Positions 27,651 through 40,200 of a stretch of DNA of 64,000 nt are shown piece by piece. Source of the stretch: a virus. The stretch lies in UHGV virus genome UHGV-0210098. One strand, written 5' to 3'. Within the stretch, counting starts at the first letter, position 1. Each line of letters begins with the position of its first letter. The notes under the pieces are model-generated. The model was not told where the DNA came from. It did no database searches and saw nothing but the letters and a program-made list of their open reading frames with translations. The translations under genes and the position numbers were made by a program.

Positions 27651-29815
27651 AACGAAGCCGCCGACACTACTTTTGGGACATATTTGAGATTGCTACTGCC
27701 GCGAGTTACGACTTGCGGCAGTTCCATTTCACGGAAACAGATATGCAGACCAATGGCTCGTGTCATTAACAAGTCGTCATGTTTTCCTGTGATAGCACCG
27801 TATGCACCGTTTTGTTTCCTCTCATAGCATAAATACTCGTCAAGACATCGTCCGTCACGTTCGATATAACTTCCCTCACGGATAACTTTAACGAGGGTAG
27901 AGATAACCATTGGCTTTGTGCTGACATTAGTATGAAAGCCATAGTTGAGAGGCAACCCTTCGAGAATTGCTTCTTCGGATTGTTTTCTTGCATAGAGATT
28001 GGGATATACGTCCTTAATCTGATTTAATATGTAATGCGATTGGTCTCCGTCTACTTGACGTTCCCTATCGTGTGTCTCAAGAGTATTGCTCTCAATAACG
28101 AGTTTAGAGCAATCATAGAATGCTGCTATTTGAGCAGCTTTCCATGCCAACAAGTCCATATCAATGTGACCATACCATTGAGCCACGACAGACGGTTTTC
28201 CTCCGTCCATCATCAGCAGACGGTCGAATACGACAATTACGGACCAGTCCGCTTTATTTGAGCGTCCTCCGACATCGACAACCGTAAGGTAGCGGTTTAT
28301 TACTTCTTCAGTATCGTTAGGGTTTACCTGGTCGGGCAAGTTCCATACCCATAGCATACCTTGTGAGTCTGCCTTAAAGCGCAGGTCTCGTAATGCATCC
28401 TCTCCCTCGTCACCGTAAGCATATACATCACCTATGTAACGTGGAGTCCTACATGTGTTCCGCAACTTGTGTACATTATATTTATCGAACACACGTGCTC
28501 CCGAATTAACAAACGCCTCCACATCGTCAGACGGGAACTCTGCGGCAATTAACCCATGCTCTGTGTACTTCTTTCGTTCATTGATGTACCAATGAATAGC
28601 CTCTAATGTGGCACCAATTTGCCACAAATACCAAAGGTACTTTCCACTTTCCTCTCTATTAGATGTTACATTCTCGTTGTTCCTGTTGTTATATAAATTA
28701 GCTGCAAACTCTTCTACATTATCTATCGGCAAAGAATACTGTTCGATGTCGAACCATGAAACGAACATCGCCTCAAATTGCGATTTCTCCTCCTTTGCAT
28801 CATCGTATTCCTTTTGGAAGAAGTTACCTGTACCATTGGCCGTACTCTCATACACAATCATCGTATATGGTTTGTACAAAACTCCTGAACAAGCAGAGCG
28901 TACAATGTCCTCCGGCTTCTTTCCGTCAGTGACTTTCCATAGTCCAACCTCAGAAAGGTGTACGAGATTATAGTCTCCACCACGACAACTATCCGGGCGT
29001 TCAGCAGTACCAATTTTAATTTTGCAATTTCGTTGAGGTACACGATGAATGCTTCCCGATTTACCAACGCCAACTAATTTTGGCTCGTTCTCATTATATG
29101 TTTCTCCTATCTCATGGAGCATTTCGACAGGGTAAGCCTTAATCATACGGTCGAACATATCCTTTATCTCGTCCGAACCAGAGCCTTGATGTGCAATAAT
29201 AAGGGAGTTTAAGCCTACTTTGTGCATCAACTGCAACCACGCCATATAGATTTGTGACGTGGTAGAACCACCCCATTGACGTGCTTTTAACAAGATAAGA
29301 CGTATAGGCTTACCAGCCTTTCTCAACCGTTCTAATCTTTCCACAAACCTACGTTGTGGTCTTGTCAGTCGGAATAATACATCTTCTCCACCTCCCTTAT
29401 TCTTAATGAAAACGTATAAAGCAGCCCAAAATGCAAAGTCATATTTACAGCGTAATCGGACAAACTGCTTAATAACCTTATGCCTGTCAGCATCCCACTC
29501 ATCTTCATGTTCAAAATAATACTCCTCTGCACTGAACGATTCATCTTCTCCATATTCTTCCTGTTTAATTTGGAACAGAAATTTATCAATAGAGCCAAGT
29601 TCAATTATCGCTCGTACAAGTGGTATTTGAAGCATCTCCACAGGAAGATACTGAACAGAAATCGAAAAATCTCCTATGACTACACGCTTCCTTTCTCCAA
29701 TAGAACCTTCGCCGGTTATTGGATTAAATTTTGCATAGACTTCTGCATTTCGCCTATTATTTTCAGTTAAAATATCAGAGATTGCGATTTCCTTTGCCGT
29801 AGTCATACCACCCAT
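27647..29815 (-). CDS. terL: Terminase large subunit
   Basis: 722 aa. ATPase region LKARQWGGSTTSQIY (Walker A variant), LVHLSEVG (Walker B-like) and YESTANG. C-terminal RNaseH-like nuclease TVVDVGGRSNKADWSVIVVFD. Confidence 0.8.
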   Translation of the reverse strand: MGGMTTAKEIAISDILTENNRRNAEVYAKFNPITGEGSIGERKRVVIGDFSISVQYLPVEMLQIPLVRAIIELGSIDKFLFQIKQEEYGEDESFSAEEYYFEHEDEWDADRHKVIKQFVRLRCKYDFAFWAALYVFIKNKGGGEDVLFRLTRPQRRFVERLERLRKAGKPIRLILLKARQWGGSTTSQIYMAWLQLMHKVGLNSLIIAHQGSGSDEIKDMFDRMIKAYPVEMLHEIGETYNENEPKLVGVGKSGSIHRVPQRNCKIKIGTAERPDSCRGGDYNLVHLSEVGLWKVTDGKKPEDIVRSACSGVLYKPYTMIVYESTANGTGNFFQKEYDDAKEEKSQFEAMFVSWFDIEQYSLPIDNVEEFAANLYNNRNNENVTSNREESGKYLWYLWQIGATLEAIHWYINERKKYTEHGLIAAEFPSDDVEAFVNSGARVFDKYNVHKLRNTCRTPRYIGDVYAYGDEGEDALRDLRFKADSQGMLWVWNLPDQVNPNDTEEVINRYLTVVDVGGRSNKADWSVIVVFDRLLMMDGGKPSVVAQWYGHIDMDLLAWKAAQIAAFYDCSKLVIESNTLETHDRERQVDGDQSHYILNQIKDVYPNLYARKQSEEAILEGLPLNYGFHTNVSTKPMVISTLVKVIREGSYIERDGRCLDEYLCYERKQNGAYGAITGKHDDLLMTRAIGLHICFREMELPQVVTRGSSNLKYVPKVVSAASF

Positions 29816-30206
29816 TTCTTATTTTGAACAACCTCTCAAGTGCTGATGAAGCCTCCATGTAGAATTTTGGTGCAGGAGAATTAACGACCTTAAAGACCAA
29901 CTGACACAGATGCCAATCGGGATGTGCCTCCTTCAGTGCAACGACACGGCGATGTATCTCCTCAAACATTTCACGTTTTGTCGGACGCATTGTTTCCAAT
30001 ACAGGCTTCCCTCGCATGATAGCTGACACGACAGCAGCAGCCCTCTCCTCCGACACCCAAAACCGGGGAGCAGGAGAATTTACAATTTTCTCACCAATTT
30101 CGTTCAAACGAACAAATTTTACTGCACTTATTTGTTCACGATATGCCTTTAGCAACGCCGCATTTCGCTCGCGAGTAAAGGACAAGACACTTCCGAAAGA
30201 CTTCAT
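29775..30206 (-). CDS. Hypothetical protein (143 aa) immediately upstream of terL, possibly the terminase small subunit, with an internal duplication
   Basis: Position upstream of TerL on the same strand. It contains two copies of K(I/V)VNSPAP(R/K)F(W/Y). Confidence 0.3.
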   Translation of the reverse strand: MKSFGSVLSFTRERNAALLKAYREQISAVKFVRLNEIGEKIVNSPAPRFWVSEERAAAVVSAIMRGKPVLETMRPTKREMFEEIHRRVVALKEAHPDWHLCQLVFKVVNSPAPKFYMEASSALERLFKIRNGWYDYGKGNRNL

Positions 30207-30336
30207 TGCGCTGCACTTTAAGGGTTTAACTCCTTACAAAGGTACTAAATGCAACTCAAAAGATAACGATGATAACCGACTTTCTCAACTTAACTTTGCC
30301 CATATAAATTTGAAAATCTTACCACAAATTAAAATT

Positions 30337-31077
30337 ATGGCTGAGGAAAAGCAAGTTAAGAGCAGACGTGACCAATTCGGTGAACGACTGAAAAAGAAAT
30401 ATCCCGACCGGGAGTATGCCGATGATGAAGCCTTATTCGGTCAAATCAATGACGATTATGACGAATATGACAAGCAGTTGTCGGGTTACAAGGAGCGTGA
30501 GAGCAAGTTGACGGATATGTTCACTAACGACCCTCGAAGCGCACAGTTCATAACAGACATGGCGCAGGGCAAAGACCCTTGGGCATCGCTCATTAACCGC
30601 ATCGGTATTGACGGTGTTAAAGAAATGCTTGACGACCCTGCCAAGATGGACGAGTTTGCAGCAAGCAACAAGGAGTATGTCGACCGCATGGCCAAACAGA
30701 AAGGTTTGGAAGAAGAATGGCAGAAGAATATGACAGCCACACTCTCCATGCTTGAACAGAAGCAGCAGGAACTCGGCCTCACCGATGAGCAGATTGACGA
30801 AGCCGCCGATTTGATTAAGGAGATAACGAATGATGCTGTTATCGGTATCATTAAGCCCGAGACAATCGACATGGTACTCAAAGCCATCAATCATGATGCA
30901 GACATGGCGGCTGCAAGCGAGGAGGGGGAAATTCGTGGCAAGAACGCCAAGGCCGAGGCGCAACTGCGCAAGCCAAAGCGTGGTGACGGTACTCCGACAC
31001 TTGCCGGCGCGAACAATGCCCCTGCGCCATCTCGTAAGAAAGACTCAATCTTTGACATTGCAGACGAGGCACGATAA
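30337..31077 (+). CDS. Putative scaffolding protein (246 aa)
   Basis: The start was reassigned to the ATG at 30337 (MAEEKQVK). The product is highly charged, helical and coiled-coil, and the gene lies immediately upstream of the capsid-like gene. Confidence 0.4.
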   Translation: MAEEKQVKSRRDQFGERLKKKYPDREYADDEALFGQINDDYDEYDKQLSGYKERESKLTDMFTNDPRSAQFITDMAQGKDPWASLINRIGIDGVKEMLDDPAKMDEFAASNKEYVDRMAKQKGLEEEWQKNMTATLSMLEQKQQELGLTDEQIDEAADLIKEITNDAVIGIIKPETIDMVLKAINHDADMAAASEEGEIRGKNAKAEAQLRKPKRGDGTPTLAGANNAPAPSRKKDSIFDIADEAR

Positions 31078-31264
31078 TGGGAGAGCATATCAAATTCGTA
31101 GATAAGCCTAAGCGTCCTACCAAAGGAAGTGCAGGATTGCAAACCCAACTACCGGGATGCGCTACAACTGTAGGCAATCTCGCATCGGCCACCGGCGGCA
31201 TTAAACCAGGCAATATAGTATCAACAGATAAATAACATTTTATCATCATAAAATTTTACAAACT

Positions 31265-32797
31265 ATGGCAGCAGAAGAAACCGTAATCGTAGGTTCGGGA
31301 GCAGCAGTTCCCACCTCTCCCGGTTCAGCAGGGGTACAATCCCAAGCACCGGGTCAATCAACCACCGTCAGCACTGTTGCAGGAGCAACAGGAGGTATTG
31401 CACCGGGCAACCTTGTAGAAACCGACATTGACGAGCAACTGTTCCGCTTTCAGAGCGAGGACACCGCCCTTATGTCGCTTATGCTCAAAGCAAAGAAAGT
31501 CAAGGTAAACAGCCCGGAAGTTGAACACTTCATGATTGACGAGCAGCGCAGCACCCTCACAACGGACACCGCCGTCGCCAAGGGTAACGCAGCGCAGTTT
31601 GTTCTCCCTCTCAATGCGAGCGACCAAAGCATTCCTCGTGATTATCACACGCTCCTTGTCCCCGATGTAGACGGCTACACGCAGGACGGTCAGACCGTTA
31701 CGCCCGGAAAGTGCCTCATGCTCTTTGTAACAGGCCGCGACACCACCAGCGACAACCCTGTTGTTCGTGCCGTCAATGGTCCCAAAGCAAATGCCTCTGA
31801 CGCATTCTGCACCACACCTGCCATTCCTGCCGGTAGCAAGGTGAAACTCCTTGCCAACGCGATGTATGAGACGCAGAAGGAAGTAGACCCCGACCTCATC
31901 GTTCCTCGTCCCTCTATCGTGTATCTTCAGAAGCGCGGCATGAACCAAGTCGTTTCCGACTACTTCGAGGCGCAGAAGAAGCACATTCCTTTCACGCAGA
32001 GCCTCATCGCAGAACAGGCCATCCTCAACTTCAAGCGTGCCGGCAACCGCACTCTGTGGGCAGGTCACAAGGGCAAGCTTCCTGTCAAGGTTCCCAAGCT
32101 CGGCGAGCAGATGGTTTACTTCACTGAGGGTATCCGTTGGCAGTTCAAGCGCGAGCTTCAGCATACAGGAACGTGGACATACGAGAAACTCATCGCCCTT
32201 GCCAAGATGTATTTCACCGGCGAAGATGTGCCTAAGACCGCCCTCTTGCTTGCAGGTAAGAACCTGCTTGAGGAACTTCAGTGCATCGACTTCAGCAAGC
32301 ACAAGGAGATACAGATTATCACCAAGACCAACCCCGTAGGTTGGACGGTGACAAGTATTCACACCGTGTTCGGCGACATCGACATTAAGCGTGAGCCTAC
32401 CCTTGACACGCTCGGTTGGTCTAACTCCGGCGCGCTTATCGGAGAAGACCGCCTCGTCCACTACATCTATTCGCAGCAGCACGAGTTCAACGACCGTGTT
32501 GAGGGCGAAGAAGCAACTCGCAAGGGCATTGTAGTATGGGACGGCCTCGGCCTCAAGGGTGCTTGTCACATTTGGATTGACGGTGAGGGCGACAAGGCAA
32601 ATGCCGGTGCTACCACTTATACCATTTGGGACAGCGAGGAAGCCCCCGCAGACGATGACCTCGTAGAAGGACGTGTCTACCTGTTGACTGTTGATTGTCC
32701 GGGTATCAACGCATCTGCACAGAACGGTCAGATGTGGCAGTACAAGGGAGAAACAGGCGGTTGGAGTGAGTTCACCGGCGAAATCATCGCAGAGTAA
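31265..32797 (+). CDS. Putative major capsid protein (510 aa)
   Basis: Positional call only: it follows the scaffold-like gene. The size is compatible with an HK97-fold protein carrying an insertion domain. No motif is verifiable by eye. Confidence 0.45.
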   Translation: MAAEETVIVGSGAAVPTSPGSAGVQSQAPGQSTTVSTVAGATGGIAPGNLVETDIDEQLFRFQSEDTALMSLMLKAKKVKVNSPEVEHFMIDEQRSTLTTDTAVAKGNAAQFVLPLNASDQSIPRDYHTLLVPDVDGYTQDGQTVTPGKCLMLFVTGRDTTSDNPVVRAVNGPKANASDAFCTTPAIPAGSKVKLLANAMYETQKEVDPDLIVPRPSIVYLQKRGMNQVVSDYFEAQKKHIPFTQSLIAEQAILNFKRAGNRTLWAGHKGKLPVKVPKLGEQMVYFTEGIRWQFKRELQHTGTWTYEKLIALAKMYFTGEDVPKTALLLAGKNLLEELQCIDFSKHKEIQIITKTNPVGWTVTSIHTVFGDIDIKREPTLDTLGWSNSGALIGEDRLVHYIYSQQHEFNDRVEGEEATRKGIVVWDGLGLKGACHIWIDGEGDKANAGATTYTIWDSEEAPADDDLVEGRVYLLTVDCPGINASAQNGQMWQYKGETGGWSEFTGEIIAE

Positions 32798-32890
32798 GTC
32801 TGCATTATGGATTAAACGTGAATGTGGCGGAGGGCGGCCAACGCCTTACCGCCACATTTTTATTTGAACAATATAAAACCATATAACACA

Positions 32891-33562
32891 ATGGAAAAAA
32901 GAACTTATGGCGCGCCCCGACTTGTGGATTGGGTCGCACAGATTAAAGCAGGAGCAGCCACCGTAAGAGTACACTTCACCGGCGGCGCATTAACCTCCTA
33001 CGGCGTTACCCCTGCCGAGTACACAACGGACAGTCCTTTCATTCAGAAAGTGATTGAGCAAAGCAAATACTACAAGGAGGGACGTATCGTCCTGTTGCGC
33101 AAGACAGAGATTGCCGAACCTGCCAAGCCTACCAAAACCAAAAAGGTGAAGCCTCAACAGCCACGTCAGCAAGTCCCCGAAGAACCGGGGTCGACACACG
33201 CATCACCGGCTACTCCTCAGCCTGCCGAAACTCCTGTATCCAAGGAGCAGGAAGAAACACAGTCTCCTGCCGAAGCCGGTACTGAAACCGTTGAAAATCC
33301 AACAAATGACGAGCAGCAAGCCGAGCAAGTTTCCGATGATACGGAAGCGGCTGACGGCCTCAGCAAAGTAGAGGTTAGTTGCTTACAGGACGCACAGGCA
33401 TATCTGCAAGAGCAATTCAACATCGCCTCCTACAAGGTACGATCATACGATGCCGCACAGCGAGCAGCATCTGAACATGGTGTCGTGTTCGTAGGTGCCA
33501 AGTTCGACACCTTGAAAGGTGGTGATGAGGTAGAGGGAGAAACTACTGAAGCAGAAGAATAA
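32891..33562 (+). CDS. Hypothetical virion-associated protein with an acidic disordered middle region
   Basis: Start at the ATG at 32891 (MEKRTYG). There is an N-terminal globular region, a PE/Q-rich linker and a C-terminal domain. It lies in the head gene block. Confidence 0.4.
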   Translation: MEKRTYGAPRLVDWVAQIKAGAATVRVHFTGGALTSYGVTPAEYTTDSPFIQKVIEQSKYYKEGRIVLLRKTEIAEPAKPTKTKKVKPQQPRQQVPEEPGSTHASPATPQPAETPVSKEQEETQSPAEAGTETVENPTNDEQQAEQVSDDTEAADGLSKVEVSCLQDAQAYLQEQFNIASYKVRSYDAAQRAASEHGVVFVGAKFDTLKGGDEVEGETTEAEE

Positions 33563-33576
33563 ATCTCATAGACGCT

Positions 33577-34212
33577 ATGGTATATAACATTCACGATGTA
33601 ATGCGCGATGTCCGCGTATGCCTCGACCAAAACATGACGAGCGAACAGTTGTTGCAGACTGACGATATAGACACACTTGCCCTTGATGATATAATCAGAA
33701 GCAAGATTTTGGAAGCAGTTGTCAGAGTGCATACCAACGCTCCGACATATCTGTTGGAGCAGGGTCACAACTTCGGCGATGCCGTGTATTGGGGTGACCT
33801 TGAAAGCGGTTGGGTGTTGTTGCCGCAGGACTTCATGCGCCTAATCGTTTTTGAAATGAGCGATTGGGAGCGAGCTGTTTTCACGGCCATAAGCACCACC
33901 GACCCGGAATATGAGTTGCAGCGTCAGCGCATCAAAGCATTGCGCGGCACCGCACAGAAGCCGGTATGTGTAATCTCAGTGCGGCCAGAGGGAAGAGCGT
34001 TAGAGTTCTACTCATGCAAGAGTGAGAGCGCATACGTTCGCCGTGCGCAATATCTTCCTTACCCGAAGATAGATAAGGACGAGGGCATAGACATCTGTGA
34101 ACGCTGTTATACAGGCGTGGTGTATGCCGCAGCGTCATTAGTATTACTCACATTGGGCGAGGCCGAGAAGTCATCGGCACTCTCCGAAATATCTAAAACA
34201 GCATTACAATGA
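33577..34212 (+). CDS. Hypothetical structural protein (211 aa)
   Basis: ORF in the structural block whose stop overlaps the tail-fibre gene start by 4 nt (atga at 34209), consistent with translational coupling. Confidence 0.45.
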   Translation: MVYNIHDVMRDVRVCLDQNMTSEQLLQTDDIDTLALDDIIRSKILEAVVRVHTNAPTYLLEQGHNFGDAVYWGDLESGWVLLPQDFMRLIVFEMSDWERAVFTAISTTDPEYELQRQRIKALRGTAQKPVCVISVRPEGRALEFYSCKSESAYVRRAQYLPYPKIDKDEGIDICERCYTGVVYAAASLVLLTLGEAEKSSALSEISKTALQ

Positions 34213-37200
34213 GTTCAATTCCAACAAAACAAATAGATGGTGATGTTGCGGTTGGGCGCAATGTGTCAGCCGGAGGCGATGCCAACGTACAAGGTAATGC
34301 CCGAATAGGCCACGACTTGGTTGTTGAGGGTTGGCTTGAAGCGAAGAACATCAAAGGGGTAAACAAAGGACTGTTTGCTACCGTTGCTGCTTTGCGCGAA
34401 GCTTATCCCCAACCACATGATGGTTGGTTTGCCGGAGTGTCAGCCTCGGATAAGGACATTGCAGACCTCGGACTCACCGTCCAACAGGGAAAGGCACTGT
34501 TCAGAATGTATGTCGGCAGTGGCGGTGATTGGGTGTGCGAACCTATCGACAAACTCTATGAGATTGTAGTGGACAACGAGCAAGTAGACAACCTCAGAGA
34601 CGAATTGTCTACCCTGCGCGGCCAGCATGAAAATCTTGAAAAGCGCGTTGATGCCCACGACACCGAAATCAGCGGTATCAAGACACAGCAGACCACACTC
34701 GGAAACAGCATCAACACCAACACCGGCAACATCGCAACCCTCAAAGTAAGAGTAGACGGCCACGACACATCTATATCGAAGAACGCAGCCGCAATCAAGG
34801 CTATTACTGATAGCATTGGTGCGCCTAATGGTATTGCCCCGATAGATGAGAACGGCCATATTCCAACCCGTTTTATCCCCGGGGCAATGGATGATGTCAA
34901 AGAGTTTGACGGTTTTGTCGAAGTATCTACAATAAATGCCGCTTCATTGACAGGTGAAGTTCTTGTCATGTTCAACACCACGTCAAGGACATTTGTTGCG
35001 TGTGCCAAGAATACCATACCTCCACAGTATGCCAATAATTGGATAGGAGCAGAAAACTACGGTGACTTTTCTATCAATGGCCGTATGCCACAAGATGATA
35101 AAGTCTACGTAGACCGTTCTACCAATAAAACCTATCGTTGGAGTGGTAGCCGCATGGCTGTTATCGGCACTGACCTTGCACTTGGCGAAACCGAGAACAC
35201 CGCATATCCCGGTAACAAGGGTAAAGCAAATGCAGAAAATATAGCGTTACTCAAAAAGGCATTCTCAATTACCACGTTTGTAAACATCAACGAATTGTTT
35301 GAGAGTACCGGCAGCATGACATTTACGGATGTCGTTACGCTGCTTGACAGCGTAACAGAAGTGATTAAGCCCGGTAGCGTTGTAACATACCTCGACACGG
35401 AAAACGGTTGGAAGTCATTGCAATTTATAGGAAACGACCCCGACAACGGCATAGGTTTCGATGAAAATTGGAAAGCGTTTGGTAACGGTTCATCTGTAGG
35501 AAACTGCTACAATGTAACCGCCGCTCGACTTGCCAACGGTGATGAATTGCCGACCAATCCACCGACATACGACACAAAGCAGAGTGCCATTGAGTATGCT
35601 ATTGCTAAGGGAGCAGTCAGCATCGGTGTTCAAATCACTTTTGCAGCAAGTTCCAAAGGTTGGCGAACATTCCAATATATCGGACTTAGCGAAGATGCCG
35701 ATAGTTATTCCAACCTTGACAATTGGCTTGATGTAGCCGGTCAAAGCGCAGGAGAGGAAACTATACTCAACATCAACGAACTTTGCAAGGAACAGACAGG
35801 AAGTAGCGAATACTCTTTGCTGAGTGCTGTTGCAGCCTTGCTCAAGTTGTGTGAGAGCAAGGGTATTGACTATTTTAAGGACGGCCTTGTTATTACTTAC
35901 TGCGTTAATGCCGGTGAACACGTATGGGAAGCAAAGCAACTACTTGACAAGGCAAGTGCCGATAATTCCGAAGCATGGAAAGATTTCGGTGGTGGTGGCA
36001 ATGACCTTGAGGCAAACGATGTGCCGACCGAGGGAGGTAAAGACGCATTCAGTACCGGCGGCGCATACGAGCGCATGATAGTAGACTTCGAGGAAAGTTT
36101 CAGCGAGGACGGTAATTCCAAAACCTATCAGCCTGTAAATGCAAAGAGAAAGCCAATAGGCAGTCCCATTACCGTACCTCTCGGCGGTGGAGGAGGCAGC
36201 ACAGATGCAACCTCATTCGCAGTGCGCTTTGAGAGTCAGACAATTTACGGCGCAGCAGGAGGCAAGATAATCGGACGATTTGCAGCCCGAAGCGTTACGC
36301 GCATGGGCGAGGAAGAAGTCGTAAACAACATTACCGAAATATCAGTCAGTGATGCTAATACCGGCGTATTGCTCAAGACAGAAATTCTCACCAACGAGCG
36401 CAGTTCTGCCTCACTACAAGATTTCAAGTTCTCAGTAGACTTCACAGATTGGTTTGACGGTGCCGGGCAGCGCAGCTTCATCGTTGCCGTAAAAGACCAA
36501 GAAAGCAACGTGCGCCGTGTTGATGTAAGCGTGAACTGCGTTGATGTTACTGTTGAAATATCCAAGGCACTGAATGAATGTCGTATTTCTACCGGTGCAG
36601 GTATGACAACTCTTAATAGTTTCTACATCTTTCCGCGCAACACCCTCGGAGGAGCAGGAGGCGGTATAGATGCTATCATTGAAATTCTGTGGGATGGAGA
36701 ATGGAAGGAACTCGGCAGAGCCAACATCCAAAAGACATTCTCGCAGGACATCAGCATAAATCCTACCAACGTACTCGGCGGCGGCGAAAAAATGCAGCAT
36801 GGCTCATATTTGCTCCGCATACATGGCTATGCACCACAGGCAAAGGTTACCGGCAACTATGTCTATACCTCAATAATGTGCATAGATAGTTCTAAGTCCA
36901 CAGAGCCTATTGTGTCAATCCGATACGATGCAAATACCTATGACGAAGAACTGAATGGCACTGTTGCGCTATACGATACAGCCATATTGCAGGTAGCCGC
37001 GTACACCGCTGCAAGTATCAGTGGCAATACGCAGGTATCAGTCAAAGCCAACGGAGAAACGATACAGACATTCAATGCTGCATCTTCCTCAACCTACCAA
37101 GTAAAGTATCAAATACAGGGCTATACCAATGGCGACAACATCGAATTTGTTGCAGAAGGAACGTGGACAGAGGCCAATGGTAAGAAACACAGAGGCCAAA

Positions 37201-40200
37201 GCCACACAATCAATGTTACGGTCGATGGAAGTGCAATAGATGTGCAACTGAAAGGTGGCGCAGCTTTTGCCTACGACTTCGCACTACGAACCAATGCGGA
37301 TGTGGACAAGACCATCAAAGACAACAATGTTACGATGTCTGTAACCGGCGCAAATTGGCGTACTAACGGTTTTGTTCAGTACCTTGGGCAAAATTCTCTG
37401 CGCATTGCCGAGAACATGAAAGCCACAATCCCATACTATCCTTACTCCAAGCAGACTAACGAGAGCGCAGGAAACGCTGTGCAATTTTCCTTTGCCACTG
37501 ACAATATCAAGGATAAAGACGCCTTGCTCATGCACTGTTACGACCCTGCCACCGGCACCGGCTTCTATGTCAAAGGAAACGTGGCCGGCATATATTGCTC
37601 TAAAGGTGTAAAACATCAGCGACAGGAGCGCAAGTTCCGAAGCAAGGAGCAAATCACTATGGCAGTAGTTGTAGAACCTGCGAGCCGGGCATACGAGCGT
37701 GGTAATGAAAAATACTCCACCATTAAGATGTACCTCAACGGTGAGGAGGTCGCTTGTTTGGGTTATATACCAGGACAGAACGCAATCTCGCAGAACAAGC
37801 CCATCATGTTTGACGGTACGCAGGGCGACCTGTATCTCTACTACATCATGGCATACGAGAGTTACTATGAGTGGTCGCAAGCCTTTAACAACTATCTTGC
37901 AAAACAAACCAATGTAACTGCAATGATGGCCGAGTTTGAAAGCGAAGATGTGCTTGACACACTAAACCGTCCGAGCCTCGACAAACTCAAAGCAAAGGGT
38001 ATGCCGTATTATGTTGTGGTGGCTCCGCAGAAAGTGTTTGATGAATTTGACAGTGATACCAACACGTCTACCAAATTCACCTGCACCCTGTTCTACTTCA
38101 ACCCTCAGCACCCAGAGTTGAACTTCATGGCCACCAACGTACAGTGGCGCAGACAAGGAACTACATCGGCGAAACGACCAATTAAAAATGACCGTTTCTA
38201 TCTCAACAAGCCCGTCAATAAAGCGGACAAGATTGTTATCACGCTGCTCAATCCAAACGAGGACACCGAACTCGGACGGAAGGCCATTGCACTTGCCGCC
38301 AAGAACTATGTACTTGTTCAACCTAATGCAATCCCCGTTCAGATTATTACCGTCAAGGTAGACTTTTCAGACAGCAGCAACGCAAACGATTGCGGCGTAT
38401 GCGACATGATGAACAACACGTTTAAGGCAATGGGCAGCGCATATCAGACACCTGCCCAAAGAGCCTATGACGGAACATTCACCAAAGGCGACCTGCATAT
38501 AGAGGGATGTCAAATGGACCACTCGACCAAGAACCATCCTATTGCTGCTTTCCGTGCCACAAACGAACAACTGACAGACGCATGGTTTCATGCGAAAGGC
38601 AATTGGAAAGAGGATAAGGGAGAACAACTTGCACTCGGTTTCAAAGACACACCCGGCTATAATAAAGGCTGCTTGAACTATGGTGATTTCATAGAGTTCT
38701 TCGGTAATCGCAATGAAACACTCTCGCAAATTGAGGCACGTTTCAAGACAACAGACGGTTTAGACACAGATAGCATCTACCTGTTGAGCCAATACTGCGG
38801 TCGTGACTATCTCATCATGCGCCATAATGGTACAGCATGGCAGCGCAGTACCGGCTCAATGAAACAAGTAGGCGGGAAATGGGTAGTTACCGGCGATGTC
38901 CTTAACCCTGTTACCGGCTTTGAGTTGCTCTCTTATCAAGGTTTCTGCTGGTGGAAAGGAGTATCGAGCGTTGACGATATGATGAAGATGGAGGCCGATA
39001 AATCCTCATGGGTTCAGAAACTCGTCAATAGCGGTGATGTGTCTGCCGACACATTCCCGAAGTGGACGCAATACTTTGAATGCATGGTAGACGACGACCA
39101 ATTGCAGATTGACCTTGCATACGGTCGCAAAGTTCCATACGAACTTTACAGAATGTTGAGGTTCTGCCACGACTGCGACATGATTGCATCCGTAGAAGGT
39201 AAAGAAAACCGTTGGCAGATAATCGAGAACACCACAAAGATGGCGAATTGGAGAAACAATCTGTGGCAATACGTATCGCCGCAGAGCCTGTACGCCTATA
39301 CATTGTTCACCGATTATCTTGCAGCCACCGACCAACGCGCCAAGAATATGCAGCCTATGTGGTTTTTGGAGGACGGCCAGAGTGTTACCAACGGTGTCTA
39401 TTCTGCCGAACACGCCGTGAGAATGTATCTCAACAAGGTATATGACTGCGACACCTGTAACGGCAAGGACAATGACGGCGGTTGCACCGTAGATCCCGAA
39501 GCAGACCCCAACCGCATGACTGACGACAACTATGTCAATCCATACGCAGGTTATGGTTCAATCCTGTTCAACAATGTGGCCATCGTTCCAACTGTTTATC
39601 TTGACGCAACACACAGCGGAAGTCAGCAACTTTCACTCGGAACTGTTGCAGCCGCCATGCGCTCTGCAAAGACCAATGTGGACGGTGTGGACATGGTGCC
39701 GTTCTCCCCGGAGGGCGCACAATACTTCTTCGTTGAAAAGCGTCTGAAGTTTTGGAAGAAACTCATATCGTCCTTTGACGGCGAACGTAAGTACATCGAG
39801 AGTGTAGGCACGAGTGATGATATTTACTTCTATGCTCTGCAAGGCTTGGGACTTACAGCCCTGCCGCAGTTCATCGAACAGCGTTGGCGCATCCGTGACG
39901 GTTACTATCAGACCGGCCAATTCTTCAGTGGTGTGTTGAGTGGCCGTACATCATGTGCAAGCAGTAACGCGCGTATCCGTATCGTTGCCGCAATGACCGG
40001 CTATTTCGGTGTAGGCCATGATGCAAGCGGCCAACTTGACGAGGTAGTGTTCCTCGAAGCAGGACAGGAGCATTACTTTACAAAGTTCAGCCACACAGAG
40101 TATGCCTTGCTCTACATCTATCAAGCAGACCGCATCAAAGAGATAGACTTGAGCGAGATAAGCCTTGACAGCAGTTTCAACTTCCAAGTAATGAAACTTG

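Noticed and set aside
31077-31238. 53 aa small ORF (MGEHIKFVDKPKRPTKGSAGLQTQLPGCATTVGNLASATGGIKPGNIVSTDK) between the scaffold and capsid genes
   Set aside because: It is below the ORF-track cutoff and has no motif. It could be real, since its ATG overlaps the scaffold stop, but I cannot support it.
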